Source: Lama guanicoe
Lineage: Eukaryota
Direction of reading: 5' to 3'
NCBI GenBank assembly: GCA_013239625.1
Contig: MU053934.1
Location: 6,528,399 to 6,592,398, forward strand
Length of the DNA stretch: 64,000 nucleotides
Shown: positions 64,000 to 64,000 of the stretch, one piece after another
Position numbering within the stretch: the first letter of the stretch is position 1
Layout: each line of letters begins with the position of its first letter
Notes under the pieces: generated by a model
The model's input: the letters and a program-made list of their open reading frames with translations, nothing else
Told to the model about the DNA's origin: nothing
The model's database searches: none
Made by a program: the position numbers and the translations under genes

Positions 64000-64000
64000 C

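Overview
Mammalian genomic DNA, not microbial. The tRNA-Ala-derived SINE and the young L1 family suggest a camelid (inference). Gene order matches human 22q13.2 as I recall it: probable SEPTIN3 3'UTR (+), WBP2NL/PAWP (+, 6 coding exons, 307 aa), NAGA (-, 9 coding exons, 411 aa), PHETA2/FAM109B (+, 259 aa), SMDT1/EMRE (+, 107 aa) and the last exon of NDUFA6 (-). All exon boundaries were read as GT-AG and are phase-consistent. The WBP2NL introns and the WBP2NL-NAGA interval are rich in L1, L2, MIR, LTR and DNA transposons, and there is one 307-N assembly gap. I found no evidence for a wholly new multi-gene system. The most unusual items are: (1) an orphan class I olfactory receptor (OR52E-like) 5' fragment between WBP2NL and NAGA; (2) a WBP2NL protein with no PPxY motif; (3) a perfect 3x12-bp triplication of the WBP2NL exon-5 splice donor, giving three in-frame 5' splice sites; (4) a TSD-flanked L1 with 5'UTR and ORF1 but almost no ORF2 (HAL1-like); (5) short, locally templated near-identical duplications. 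Repeat subfamily names and comparisons to human are from memory, not database searches.
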